From: Vitrella brassicaformis CCMP3155
Lineage: Eukaryota; Protista; Chromerida
Direction of reading: 5' to 3'
Length of the DNA: 64,000 nucleotides
Assembly: GCA_001179505.1 (NCBI GenBank)
Contig: CDMY01001028.1
Location: 62,001-126,000, forward strand
The position numbers were made by a program, and so were the translations under genes. The notes beneath the pieces are model-generated. The model did not search any database. It saw nothing but the letters and a program-made list of their open reading frames with translations, and was not told where the DNA came from. Below are positions 11,315-23,887 of the stretch, one piece after another (the first letter of the stretch is position 1; every line of letters begins with the position of its first letter).

Positions 11315-14300
11315 CTACTTTGCCGCCTTCCGCTTCGGCTTCGGTATGAAGAGGCTGCCTTCCCCCCGCTTAAGCATAGGTGGTGCGGCCTGCACCTGCA
11401 TCGGGCGAAAAGAGGGGGGCTGGGGTGGGACGGGTGGTCGGGATGATGATGCAAACGCAGCAGTGGCGGGGGGCGGGTCTGGCGGTGGCGGTGGCGGTGG
11501 CTGTGGCTTTGGGCCGGGTGGTCGGCGGGGATTGGGAGCGTCGTCCGCTAGCTTCATCTCACGACGCTTGCTCGGTTTGGCACGGGAGGGAGGAGAGCCG
11601 GCGGTCGGCTGGGCAGCAGCTGCTGCTGGTGGAGCTGATGCGTCTGGTGATGCATCTGCTCTCTTCTTCCGGTCCTGTGAGGCAGGCCGTTCCCGTGGTT
11701 GCTTGCTCGAAGGCCGCAAGCTGATTGGGGACGGTCCTCTTGCCTTGTTGTCGTCCTTGTCAGCGTCACGCCTTCTCTTTGGGGACAGCTCCTCACCACT
11801 GTCCTTCTTGCGTTTCTTATCGGCCTTGGCACTCCCCTTCTTCTTGTCGCCCCGGCGGCCTCGCGACCCGTCATCGCGCTCCCTTCTTCTCGCACCATCG
11901 GCTGACGTATCGCCCAGTGAGAGGCGACCTAACGACTCTTGCACACCTTGCACACTTCGGTCCAGGGTGCCGAAAAAGGCGTCAATAGACCGACGCAGCG
12001 CCCTCTCGCCAAGCAGCACATTCCTGTCGCTGTTGTCTGCGGCGCTGGCGGCTGCGGCTGCGGGTGCAGGTGCAGGTGCGCGGTCATCGCATCTCCCCCT
12101 CCAATATCGACCAGGCTGACGCTGCGGTTGCTCTTGGTCATCGATCTTGATGTAGCCCCCATTCCCGTCGTTGAGGCCTTTTGCATAGCGCACGAGGCGC
12201 TTCCACAGCGGGTGAGTGCTCAGGGTGGGCGCATTGCCCACCACCCACAAGGCATCCCGCGCCCGAGTAATGGCAACGTTCATCCGTCGCGTGTCCGACA
12301 CAAACCCCAGCAGGTTCTGGCTGATGCCCCTGCCGCCATCCCTGTCGCTGCGGGGCGACCCAGTCTGGCTGAGTGTCCCGTCCCCGCTGCTGTCTTGCTG
12401 GCTCTGAGACGATGCGGGCTGCTGCGGGGCGTGAACCGACGCACGCACACACGAGAAGATGATTATTCGGGCCTCGCGGCCTTGTATCGAGTCGATTGTC
12501 CGAACCTCAGGCTGGCCCTCGATGAACGACCTGTCGGCGAGTAGGCGTCTGATGAGGACAACCTGCTGCTTGTAGGGGCACAGGACGACGATCGACGAGA
12601 GACTGAGTGGGTGCGGGTTGTCCTCAGAGGGGTTCTGGTGGAAATGGTTGCGGAAGAACTCCAACAACTGGCAGATAAAGAGGGCCTCCCCGCGGTTGGA
12701 CAGGGAGAGCGAGTGCTGATTTTTGCTCTCGGGGGAAGGAAGGTCGAAGAACACGAATGGGCGCAGAACGGGATGGCACGCGAGGCGAGGCCGGATGACC
12801 ACAGAGTTGTCATTGATGATCTGGTTCTGGTAGAAGCAGGCAGATGGGAAGCCGGCGATTTCCGGAGCCATCCTGTATTGCGTGCGCAGCATCGACACGG
12901 GCCAGCCCCCTTCCTGCAGCCGCTGAAAAAGACTCCGGTCGTAGGAGAGACGTTTGGCCTGACAGATACGGGCACACACACACACAAACCCAATGGACAT
13001 ACATCGAACAGGCAGATGGAATGGACAGGTGTTCGTATGCGCACCTGCTGCGACAACACGGTAGCAGGGAGCTGCTGTGGATCGCCCAGAAGGATCATGC
13101 GCGTGAGGCCCAGCCGCAATGGGATCCTTGCATGGGGAAGACAACAGATGGAGAAAGTGTCCCGAGGTGTATCGATGGTGTGCGGATGTTCACTCACAGT
13201 GTGGACAGCTCCACCGCTTGTGCGGCCTCGTCGACGATCACACTGTCAAACGGGGCAAAGTCACCTGTCAGGGACACACCCAGAAGCGGACATGGAGGAG
13301 GGTCATCCATGACCGAATGCAGAGTTCCCTCTCTTGTGTCACCCACCCAGGCACTCTGTCGCCGATCCAGAGAGGGTCGCAAAGACGATGTCGGCGCGAC
13401 GGAGGCTCTCCCGACGGCACCGCCCACGACACCCCTGCACGCGCCACTCCAACCACACAGACTGCATCATGTCGGCGGTGCCTCTTTTCACCCACCCACC
13501 TCGAGTTCGGATTCCATCTTGGCACGTATGGCTTTCTTCTCCTTGGTGAGCTCAGCCTTCTGATGCCGCAGTGTGTCCAGCTCCGCACTCTCGGGCATCA
13601 GCCTGTCAATCTCATCCAGCTGCATCTTGAGCTTCTCTAGCTGCTGAGCGTACTGGTCCCTCACACCCGACTGCGTGGCGCCCTCGGACTCACGCACACG
13701 GACCTCCAAGGAATATGATTTCAGCTCAGGCCGGGTGATTCGCTCTGGATGGCCGACACGAACTATGTTCGGGTCCCATCGGGATCCACCGGGGGTGAAG
13801 AGGCCATCCCTCAGCACGCGACACGCCACCTCATCCACTGCAGCATTGGATGGTGCGCACACGAGGATCTTCATCCTCAAAGGGGCCCGCTGTGATGCCG
13901 ATGCCGATGCTGCTGCTCCTGATGCTGAAATGGGGGAGCCGACAATGTCCCGGGTGTCCCTAGCGTCCTGCAGGATGAGTCTGCGTTCCGCCAGGACGGA
14001 TAGCAGCGCGAGCAGTGTGGCCGTCTTGCCCGTGCCGGGCGGTCCTTGAAGCAGCGACAAGCCGAGCTTCGACGTCACGGCCTCCTTCATCGCCGCAGCC
14101 TGGCACAAACCACAGACACATCAGGCATCCATACGCACTGACCCTGCCCACACCTCCGCGCACCTGTGACTCATTGAGCTTATGGTGCTTGGCCAGCTTG
14201 GGCAGCATCTCGTTCACACGTGCCACAACGGCGCCCCCGCCCTCACTCGGAGGCAGTGGAATGGCAGGTTGCTGGCCTCTCGTGGTAAGCTGGGATGGCT

Positions 14301-17300
14301 GCAGCAGCAGGGGAAACAGGGGTGAGAACTGTGAGCAGAACAAGCTCTGGAACTCGCGGATCGACGTCGTGAGCGAGCACACACTGTACGCCGCCCACAA
14401 CGACGGCGTCCCCATCTGTGCAGGGAGCCGATTCTCGCTATTCCCGCCGGCATGTGCGAGCACTCTCAGCCTCGCAAGCGTCGGGAACTTGCCCGACTCG
14501 TCCTCAGGCTTCATGAGCTGCTCATCCACCCCGCCCCAGCGGTTTGTCTCGCCCTCGCGCTCCATCTCCACCACGCCCAACAGATAACCTTCATCGGGGC
14601 CGTTGGGGAAGGCCGATAGCAGCTGGCCATGTAGGGGCCCGTTGGTGGCTGTCGGTGTGCCTTCTTGGGGCACGGGGAGTGGGAGTGCGACTGGCGCGTG
14701 CGTGTCGGACGTCTGCATTGCGTCTAGGGGTGGGGGAGGGGGAGGGGGTGCTGGCTGGGGGATGAGGACCACCAGGTCGGCGTTGTGGAAGGGGAGAGCT
14801 TTCAGCTTCTCCTGGAGGAACAAATGAACGACCGAAACAGCGGTGAGTGAGCAAAAGGTCGGTACGGACTGGTGCGTGCACCCGACTGACTGACTGACCG
14901 TCTGGTCGTTGAGCGGCTGACCAGATTGGAACCGGGCCAGGAGCCACCTGTCAGCCCTCCGACGCTCCACCACCTGACGCATGGACGAATGCAGACCAGA
15001 AAGAACGATGGCGCGGCCACGGACATTGATTTGTGTCCACTGTAGACGACCTCCCTACCTTGATGGGCCATCCCTCGAGCACTCTCTCAACGGCGCTCTG
15101 AATGATGGAGCAGCGACACTCGTCCAACACCAGAGGGCGAAAACACCTGACGTGACGACACACAGTTGGGGCATAGAAATGGGCATTCATCTAGACGAGC
15201 AGCTGTCGACTTACTCTTGGAACTCTTCGAGGCTCGCGAACTCTCTGGGCAGCTGCTTCCTCTCACCCGACAGCGGCGTGACGGCTCTCGTGTCCCTGCC
15301 TGTGGCGGCCAGCTGGAAGATGTCCCACTGCAGGATGTCAGCCAACATTCCCTCCACGCCCCTCTTGGCCATCGCCCACGCCCTCTTCTTGTCCTCAGAA
15401 CGCAATGGCACACCTAAGGCACACAGAGGCGGGGAGAGAAGCAATGACAGACGGACATGGGAACCACCTGCATGTATCAGTCAGTACACCCACCGAGTTT
15501 GACGCTCTGCTTCTCCCTCTTCCTCTTGATGATGTCCGGCACACCTGTGGACCCCACTGTGAGCCGCATCTGTTTGCCCGTGTGCTTGTCAGGCACCATC
15601 CGGCCCTCGCCAGGCATGGCGAACGCAGGCGGCGATGGCGGCCGGAAAGAACGCCGGCGGAAACCCGGCAGAGAGGGATTGAACACACGACCTGACGCCA
15701 ATGAGAAACCGATAGAACAGACATGGTGATTGGTGTGAGTGCATTTGGTCACGAGGATGGCCTCACCCTTCGGATAAGCGCCCCTCTGTTTGAAATTTGC
15801 CAGTGGTCCCGCCCCTCTCCCGGAAGCCGCGGCCATCTTCCGGCCGACCAGCTTGTTGGCCGTCTGTTTGACGCGCTTGTCGTTCTTGCTGATCCATCTT
15901 GAAGGCCCCGGGCCAGCAGGAGCAGGGGGTCCAGGGGGACGTGACCTGGCGCTTGATGCCGGGACAGCCGGGGGCACGCTGGCCGCAGCAGCTGGCTTGA
16001 GGGGTCTCGGGAAGGCCACCTCACTGGTCCTATTGACATGGTCGTCCTCGTCCATGAAGAGGTTGTCGTTTTTGCTGAGATTGAGCGCGGGAAGCACCAT
16101 GTCGCCACTGCCGCTCTTGTGCTTCTTGCGGCGCCTCTCGTCATCTCCCTTGTCGGCCGGCCGCTTCTTCTCTCGGCCTGGCGGCCGCCTGTCGTTCTCT
16201 CTCCTCTCGTCCTTTTCCTTCCTGTCGTCCTCTGCTGGTGGCCCGATGACCTCAGTGGCTGACGAGGCATCGTCTTGGCCTCTCTGCAGGAGCCTCCGTA
16301 GGTCCTGTGGCAGTGGGGAGGGCAGCAGCGTCTCGTCCGTGTAGATGGCCTTGATGGCCTCACGCAGACGCGATGAGGCCGCCCGTGCGGACAGCAGGTG
16401 GCTTGTGGCGGGGCCGACGTGGGCGTCCAGAGCGTCGATCCACTCCATGAGGGGGCCAACCCACTCCATTGGCTGGTCCCTGAGGTGCTCCATGTGGTGC
16501 CTCCGCAGGGACAGGGACAGCTCGCCCTTGTCCACCACTCCCTCTCCCTCCCCCTCGCCGTCCTGCTCGTCATCGTCCCCCGTCAGGTCAACCATGGCCT
16601 GCCGCAGGTCGGACTCGTCGTCGGGGGATGGTGACGGCTGCGGCAGGCCGCTGACGGCGACAGAGGTCCACGTGAAGAAGTCGGCCAGGAAGGGGAAGAC
16701 AATAGCGAAGAGGGCATCGATGGAGAGAGAGGGGGGAGGGGCGGCGGCCATCTGCCGGACGGAGTAGGTCCACCACTCGTGGGGGTGGTGCTTTAGGGGT
16801 GTGGTGTTGTGAGATGCGGGGCCGAGGATGTGCGGCAGGAACGACCAAATGAGATCGACCAAACCCAATAGCGTGCCCACCTGGCGAACAGCAACCATGT
16901 AGTATGCAGACAGAAGATATCTGTCTGTCTGTCTGTCTGTCTTCCTCCTTTTCTCCGTACCTCTTCTCGCGCCCGTGCGGGGTCACCATCCTGGCCCCTC
17001 TTGATTGCCGGCAGCCACCCAATCACCTTGCTCGCCCACCACAGCAACCTCGACAGCCGGACGGGCGGCCACATCGCCACGTGCACGCACTTGTTCGTCT
17101 CGCTAGCGGCCCTTTTGAGGCTGTCCTCGAGGGTGGCCTGCCTCAATTGACCACCGCTGCCGCCAAACGAAGGCCAGGCGGCCGGCACATTGCCGGACGC
17201 TATCAACCGGCTCCAGAGGTCCCTTTCAGTAGCCATGGTGTCGAGGGTATGAATGGCGTGCTCGCAGAAGCCAACCAGGAAGGACAACCGCTCGGCGGGG

Positions 17301-20300
17301 TGACATAGCAGTGGCTGACAGATGTCAGGGATGGGTGACACACAAGAGGAGCAGGTGCATGGGCTGTAACTGACCCGCCCACCGACCCACCGACCTGCAG
17401 CTGAGCGGCGTGAAGGCGATCGGTCTCGTCGCCGCATGTCCATGCCTGCCTCCCAGCCAGCACGATGACCTCGTCGCCATTCGCCGCTTCACTGCTCCCC
17501 TTGGCCTGGCTGAGGGGCACCAGCAGCTTCAGCACGTGTGTGGTGTATGAGGTGGTGCCGCTGATCAGCAAACTGGCTAATGACTCGAGAGCCGACTCGA
17601 AGAAACGCTCCTGACGACGGCAAGAAAGGGAAGGCTCCACACCTGTTTTCGGTCATGCCTGCTGCCTTGCCTTGCCTTGCTTTACTCACGCACACGCGCA
17701 CCGGGAGGTATTTCTCGCGGTGCTGCTGCAGAGCGACGACCTCCCGAGGCAGCACCGGCGGCACACCTGAGGTGGGAGTCAACACATAGACACGGCGCTG
17801 CATGTCCGTGTGTCGATCGCACCGGCTCCCTCGTCCGTCTGCACGTCAATCACCGCCCCAGGCGCCGCATATTTGCGCAGCCGCTCCACGAGCGCCCTCA
17901 CCATCAGGTCGACAGCCCGGTCCAGCACCGACAGCAGGGCCTGCGTCTCGGATGGCATGCCAGTGAGGTTGGAGAGCGGGACCCGCTGAATGAATGCTGG
18001 GACGAGCGACCAGAGGGAGGTCATGAGACCGCCCTCCTCCCACTCCTGGGGATTGGCGTGAGACGCCTTGAGGGCCACGGGGAGCAGATGGAGCAGCGGT
18101 GACAGACCTGATATGCCGATGAAGCATACAGGCAGGACGCTTCATAAGGGAAGGGTCTGTTGCTCTGCCCACCCTCCCGGCCACCCACCTTCGTTTGGTC
18201 TGCCCTGATGTACCCACCCATCCGGAATCCCCTGCCTCGCATCGCCGCCACCACTGCCACTGCTGCGAGCCCCCGCACTCGCCGACGGCCGGTCATCCCC
18301 CAGGGCAACAAAGCCGTTGGAGCGATGAACCGCCTGCTGGAAGGCTCTGGATGCCGCATAGAAGAGGGACGTGACGGCCGTCGCCCGCAGCTGACACACC
18401 GAGTCGCCCCACACATCACGACGCAACGTCAGGGGCGGCAGCGACTCGCTCTGGCCCTCAGACGCCTCCATCCCGCAGCACTGGCAGCCGGCCAACCCCG
18501 CGTGGCACACGCACACCAAGTTGGGCCGGTCACCTGGGTCAGTGGCCACCGCTGACGTGATGACCCGCTCCAGCGGAGGAAGGATCGTGCGCAGATGGAC
18601 GAGCAGCATGGGTTCAGGTTGGGGGCTTGGCGCGTAGATGTCGACCTCGGAGATTCTGTCACGGTGTGCGATGAGAGTGAGGAAGAGCACCTGGGAGAAA
18701 GTCGTGAGCGCTTGGTGGTGGGAGAGGGGGGAGGGGGAGTCCAGGTCGATGACGGCCGATGCCGAAGAGGAGGGGGACATGACGGACGAGCTGAGAGAAG
18801 CAACATGGTCCATGAGCTTGACGGACCGCGCAACAATGAGGGCGAATAGCTGCTGTGGCTGAGAGAGGCTGGAGAGGCTCTCGGCCCAGTATACCAGCAA
18901 CTGACGGACAGACGGACGGACACAAAGGGGGCATCCATGAGTCTGTGGCATTCTCTCTCACTGGCTGACCTGCATGCCCTCGATCGCCGCCCGCGCTACC
19001 GTCTGCCAGACGACCAGTTCATATGACGGCCCACCCGGGCCTGCTGCCGCTGAGTAGAGGCCCTGCCCTCCCTTCATCAGCGCCACATGGGCGATCGTCA
19101 GGGAGGCATCCACAGCGTCACATATCATCGACAAGACCTGTACGGAGGACGATCAGAGAGAACACAACAGAGGATGGAGTGGGGGAGCCTCTGTTGGTTG
19201 GTGCATCCATGGCGATCCTACTTTCTCCACAGGTCCCCCTAGCTCGTCGGCACCCTTCCTGGTGACCTCGGCTGCCATTCTTTCCATCTGCTTCAGCCAC
19301 CCGTCCCCCCCGCCCGCCTCATCCACATGATGCCCATCCATGGCGGCAGCGCCCCGCCTAGCCTCCTCCTGCAGAGCCCGGAAGGCGTGAAGCATCGCGG
19401 CCGCCAGGGCGACTGTCTCGCGGGGCACCGACGCACCCAAACCGCCCTCCCTCTCCGCCCATGACGCGCCCAGCCGCAGAAGGTTTTGAGTGGCGCTCAG
19501 ATACCACTGAGTGACGCCGATGAACGGTCTCGACAGCGTCGCGCCGCTCTCCTGCTGCTCCCCTTGGTGCGTCAGGCCGATATGACCGAGCAGCCCCAGC
19601 TCAGAGAGAGAGCTGACGGCGCGCCACCCTCTGCACTGGTCGATGGCTCGTGCCAGCGATGGCTGGGGGGGAGTCGTCTGGGGGAGGGTCGTCACAAGGC
19701 CACGCTGCAGAGTCACCAGAGCTTCGTATGCATTGGCGGCGATGCTGGCGAGCAGCCGTGGGTCTCGATCGCCATAGTCGATGGCTCTGTCGATTCCCTC
19801 ATAGGCGATGCGGCGGACAGAGGGGGACGGGTGGCACAGCAGGGAGAACCAACACGACTGGAAGAAGCTGTGGGCGCCAGACAGAGGAGCCGTCATCATC
19901 AGCAGCTCGTCCTCATTCTCGGCCCCATTGGCCGCGACGTCACGCTCGGCGGGCGCCTTCGCGAACATCTCCGCAACGGCGGTAATGACATCGTCCTTCT
20001 CCTGTTGCCACAGCGGCATGACTTGCCCTTGGCACAGATAGTAGTCGCCATAGCAGCAAGCCTCAAACACAGCCGACTCAAAGGCTGGGTTGCCTGCCCC
20101 GAGCCGCAGAGCGTTCTCCACTCTCTCCACATCCCACCGCCGCAGCTCCGCCATCCTCTCCCTGACGTCCTGCTCGTCCTCGAAGTGCTGCGTCAGCGCC
20201 CTCTCTAGCTGACGCCGGTGGTAGTGGTATGCTATGACGCAATCCCTGCAGCCGGGGAAGGTCTCGATGGCGAACCGATTGTATACCCCCCGCACGTTGG

Positions 20301-20562
20301 TTCGCAGGAAGACACAGAAGATGAAGCGGGCGGCGTCGTGACTGTGCGAGGTGTCACAGAAGGGGTGGGCAGCCGATCCAAGAGCCCTCAGTGACTCGTC
20401 GAGAGCAGTCAGCGGCCTCCCCTTCTCGGCATCCTCGAGTAGCCTCTCCAGCCCTCCGTCATCGAAGTCCAGTAGCCGGCAGAGGACAGAGCCATCGGGG
20501 AGGGCTGCATCAGTACCGTTGCCGACCCGCCCCTTGTTGAAACTCGCCGAAATGTGCTGCAT
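11315..20562 (-). CDS. SETX: Sen1/senataxin-like SF1B (Upf1/DNA2/NAM7 family) RNA/DNA helicase, multi-exon
   Basis: Helicase motifs: LLQGPPGTGKT, ILVCAPSNAAVDE, ADIVFATLSGS, IVDEAAQAVELSTL, LLGDPQQLPAT, YDRSLFQRL, MLRTQYRMAPEI, TIDSIQGRE, GFVSDTRRMNVAITRARDALWVVGN. The long helical N-terminal region contains a CxxCxxxYH motif (GCRDCVIAYH) of the Sen1 N-terminal type. The C-terminal tail is basic and Pro-rich. Confidence 0.9.
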
Positions 20563-21199
20563 CTCTGGCCGGCGGCTGCTGTCGTCACGTTGTCGCTGCA
20601 GGTCGCATGAAATGGTCGCTACGTGCCGCTTGGACTCCGATGTCCGCCGTCATGGTGACAATGTGGACGGATCTGCGTCACTTCCACTCCATCTATCGCG
20701 TGTAGAACAGCGGCTGTCAGATTATCACCGTCAGGATCCTCCAAGGAAGACTGTCGAAGCAGACAGAGGTCCGCCTGCTCGCAGCTCTCATCCGCGAATT
20801 GGGCTAGTGCCCAATTTGCGCCTTTAAGAAACAACACGTTCGGCAGACAAAACTTTCGATCACGATCGTACGGAAGAGAAAAGGAAAAGCGGTAGCGGTG
20901 TTGTGTTGCTTGTAGTACTACAGACACTTCAATATGTCGAGAAGCTTCGTGTTTTTTGTCATGTTTGGACCAGTAAGTATTAAACTGATGTACCCTAAAG
21001 CTTCAAGTTAGTGAACAAAGCTTGGCCGTCCCCGGTCCTCCCTGAAACCGCTCTGCTTGAAAAAGATCGCGATTGCCTCGCGCGGAGAGAATCAACGAAG
21101 AAGGGTCTCTCTGGGCGCGAACTTCTTAAAAAAGCAAGATCCGTAACGGAAGAAGCATCAACTGACTGAACAAACACACGAACGCGCCAGTTTGTGGTG

Positions 21200-22128
21200 G
21201 ATGGATGTTTCTCTTGTCCGTTCATCCAGCTGGTTGAGCTTGGTTTTTCTTGGGTGCCTTCTCGCAGGTCCCTCAGTGCCGCATCGACTTTGACGAGCTT
21301 CTGGAGCTTAAAGAAAGAGATCTCGCCGACTATTGTGCAGTGGACTTGGTAGTGGATATGCTTGCAAGACTCCTCTCTGCAAATGCGGTTACCATCGACT
21401 GTCTGCTGCTTCCCGCTCGGCGCCGCAGCGTCTTCTCGCCACTCTCGAAGTCATCGAAGATGTGCAGGAGCGAATCGATTGTTGAGCCTTCGATATTGGT
21501 AGGTGCTGCCAGACACAGCCAGTGTCGGCATTGCAGTNNNNNNNNNNNNNNNNNNNNNNNNNNNNNNNNNNNNNNNNNNNNNNNNNNNNNNNNNNNNNNN
21601 NNNNNNNNNNNNNNNNNNNNNNNNNNNNNNNNNNNNNNNNNNNNNNNNNNNNNNNNNNNNNNNNNNNNNNNNNNNNNNNNNNNNNNNNNNNNNNNNNNNN
21701 NNNNNNNNNNNNNNNNNNNNNNNNNNNNNNNNNNNNNNNNNNNNNNNNNNNNNNNNNNNNNNNNNNNNNNNNNNNNNNNNNNNNNNNNNNNNNNNNNNNN
21801 NNNNNNNNNNNNNNNNNNNNNNNNNNNNNNNNNNNNNTTGCAGTTCAGCAGAACAAGCCTTCACAGCTTTGATGACGTGTGTTTTGCCGGTGCCGCCCTC
21901 GCCGGTCCGGCAGATGCGCAATGGCGCGACGTATTTGTTGTCCCGCATGTCTTTGTAGTGGTTCAGCAAGTGGCTGCAGATGATTCGGAACGCCCGCATC
22001 TGCTCTTCGTTCAATCGGTAACGGCTCGCCCAGTGAACAGAGAAGGTCCTGTCGTCGCTCGTCTCAGGTGGCTTGAATGCGGACGCCGGCTGCGCCAGGA
22101 CCAGTGGGCAATCGTGTGAGGCTGGCAC
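21200..22128 (-). mobile_element. Degenerate PIF1-family helicase of Helitron type (transposon relic)
   Basis: Reads LNEEQMRAFRIICSHLL...LRICRTGEGGTGKTHVIKAV (Walker A), then LAAPTNIEGSTIDSLLHI (eroded APTGxAAxxIxGxTIHS). After a frameshift and stop it reads IVGEISFFKLQKLVKVDAALRDLRE (eroded IIDEISM...LxxIDxxLR). There are no introns or microsatellites. Confidence 0.75.
21538..21837. other. Assembly gap (300 N)
   Basis: A run of 300 N, flanked on both sides by TTGCAGT (21531-21537 and 21838-21844). Confidence 0.99.
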
Positions 22129-22639
22129 ATCCGTCGAGTGACCACCGTGTGTGAAGAGATTCGACTCGAAGAGAAGCTACTCAGGAGGCTTGCTTCATCT
22201 GACGTGGCGCGCTGTGGCCGATTTCATTTACCTTGTTGCGTTGCTGGTGCAGGTCATCGTTGGGCTGATCCTGGGGTCCCATTTGATCGACAAGCCGATT
22301 GACCGTCATCGAGGGCAGTCTTCGATATCCCCTTCAACAGGCACATCCAATTGCATCCAGCGATGCATTGATATACTTTGCGAAGCACGTCTTCAACAAG
22401 GGCGTGTCTTGCGTTCTTACTGCAGCCCTCTCAGTACCTGCGTGTTATCGCCACGTCTGTCTTCGAGATCTGCATGTTTTTCAAGCTCCCGCCGTTGTTG
22501 TCTGCATGTTTTTGACACTCTCGCTATTGTTGCATGCGTCGGTGTGCTTCTCGCCACCACTTTTGCTGTGCACGTCTCTGTGACGCATAATTGACCGCCA
22601 CTTCGCACGCTGCTTTCGACCCCCGCCAAATTCGCGGCC

Positions 22640-23850
22640 CGGGGTGCCCACACAGTGGGTGCCCCTTACTCGGAATGACGAATAAGTTGCCGTAGTAGGA
22701 GCACGGGAGCCCCGAAGGGATTGGTCCATCGCCTCCTCGTGGCGTCCCCCTACCCGGTGCGGTCGATCTCGGCGCCTATCATGCTGCCGCAGATGCTCTT
22801 TGGAAAGCGCACGCCGTAAAACTCGAGGTCGAGAGGCGTAGTATGCGCCTCAAGGATCGCGACGGGTGGGATGTTGTTCGTCTCATTTCGACACCATTCA
22901 TCGTTGTAGTCAGGGAAGAGGCGTGGATGACTCCATTGCGTACCGTTGCCCTGCCCAGTTCTAGCTGACCTTCCGTCCTGAGCAACGAGAAACCTCGTCA
23001 CAATGTGAGAAATCCGTCGATTGCTTCCTGTCTTCAAAGTACGCTCACCAGCAGTACGGATAGCCATAGAACTGCCCGGCATTCTCGGGCTGATATCTAT
23101 TGAGCTCTTCAGCCGGATTACCGATAGCAATATCACCACCCAAATCCTCTCTGAAAAGGTCATTCTCGCCACTGATGACGCCCCACAGGACGCCTTCAAA
23201 GTCCCAGCCAAGGCCCACAGAGTTGCGCAGCCCATCAGCGAAGACCTCCCCTTCAGCACAAGACGTGCCGTTGGGCGGCAGTTGCGCTGCCACGACCAAA
23301 TCCGCCGGGAAGCGACGAATCCGAGAGCGGAAAGGGGTCGGGTCAATGTTGCCGTAGGAGCCTAATGCGACGTATATGTTGCCGTCGAGGTCGAATTCGA
23401 ATGGGCGCGAGCGATGGTTGTGATTCACTATCTCGTGGGGATCAAAATCGAGCTCATTCATGCCGTAGATCTGTGAGGACATACAGGGAAAGACGACCTA
23501 ATGATAGGCCCATCGCCCCCTTTCAGTGCCCTTACCACCACTTGACGCCTCTCGTCGTCGAGGGGGTCCCTCTGCCCCTCGCTGTATGGCCACCGGTAGA
23601 GCACGTCTTCGCTGGAAGCGAAGAGGTAGTCCCCGGTGACGCCGATCCCGTGGGTCAGCATGATATCGCCTTCCCAAAGAACGGACTGCTCGGCCACAGC
23701 GTCGCCATTGTCATCCCATAAGGCGAGGATTCGCGCGGCTTTGTCATCGATAATGCGGTCGACGACCAGAAGCGTCCCGTTGGTATCATGACTGATAAAG
23801 ATGCCCCTCTCTCTTGCCACCGATGGATGACCACGGAGTCTCCCGCCAGC
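22640..23850 (-). pseudogene. Disrupted PQQ-dependent sugar / L-sorbosone dehydrogenase-like beta-propeller gene
   Basis: Family-like motifs: HGIGVTGDYLFASSEDVLYRWPY, NHRSRPFEFDLDGNIYVALGSYGNID, FADGLRNSVGLGWDFEGVLWG, NPAEELN, FYGYPYCW, EAHTTPLDLEFY. Two introns are recognisable (~23540-23474 and 23048-22978). A frameshift falls just after the second intron, a premature TAG lies at 22750, and no clear start codon is present. Confidence 0.7.
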
Positions 23851-23887
23851 TGTAAATTCCAGTTGGTAAATTCACACAAAGGCCGCC

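Noticed and set aside
11346-13312. Long plus-strand ORFs (11346-12119, 11939-12544, 12611-13312)
   Set aside because: They are antisense shadows of GC-rich Sen1 exons, have no motifs of their own and cross microsatellite introns.
20880-20990. Helitron 3' terminus near the 12-bp palindrome tgtagtactaca (20911-20922)
   Set aside because: There is no GC-rich hairpin followed by CTRR at a plausible distance, so the element ends cannot be defined from this window.
21250-22119. Plus-strand ORFs spanning the N run
   Set aside because: They are artefacts of translating N as X. The real signal is the minus-strand PIF1 relic.
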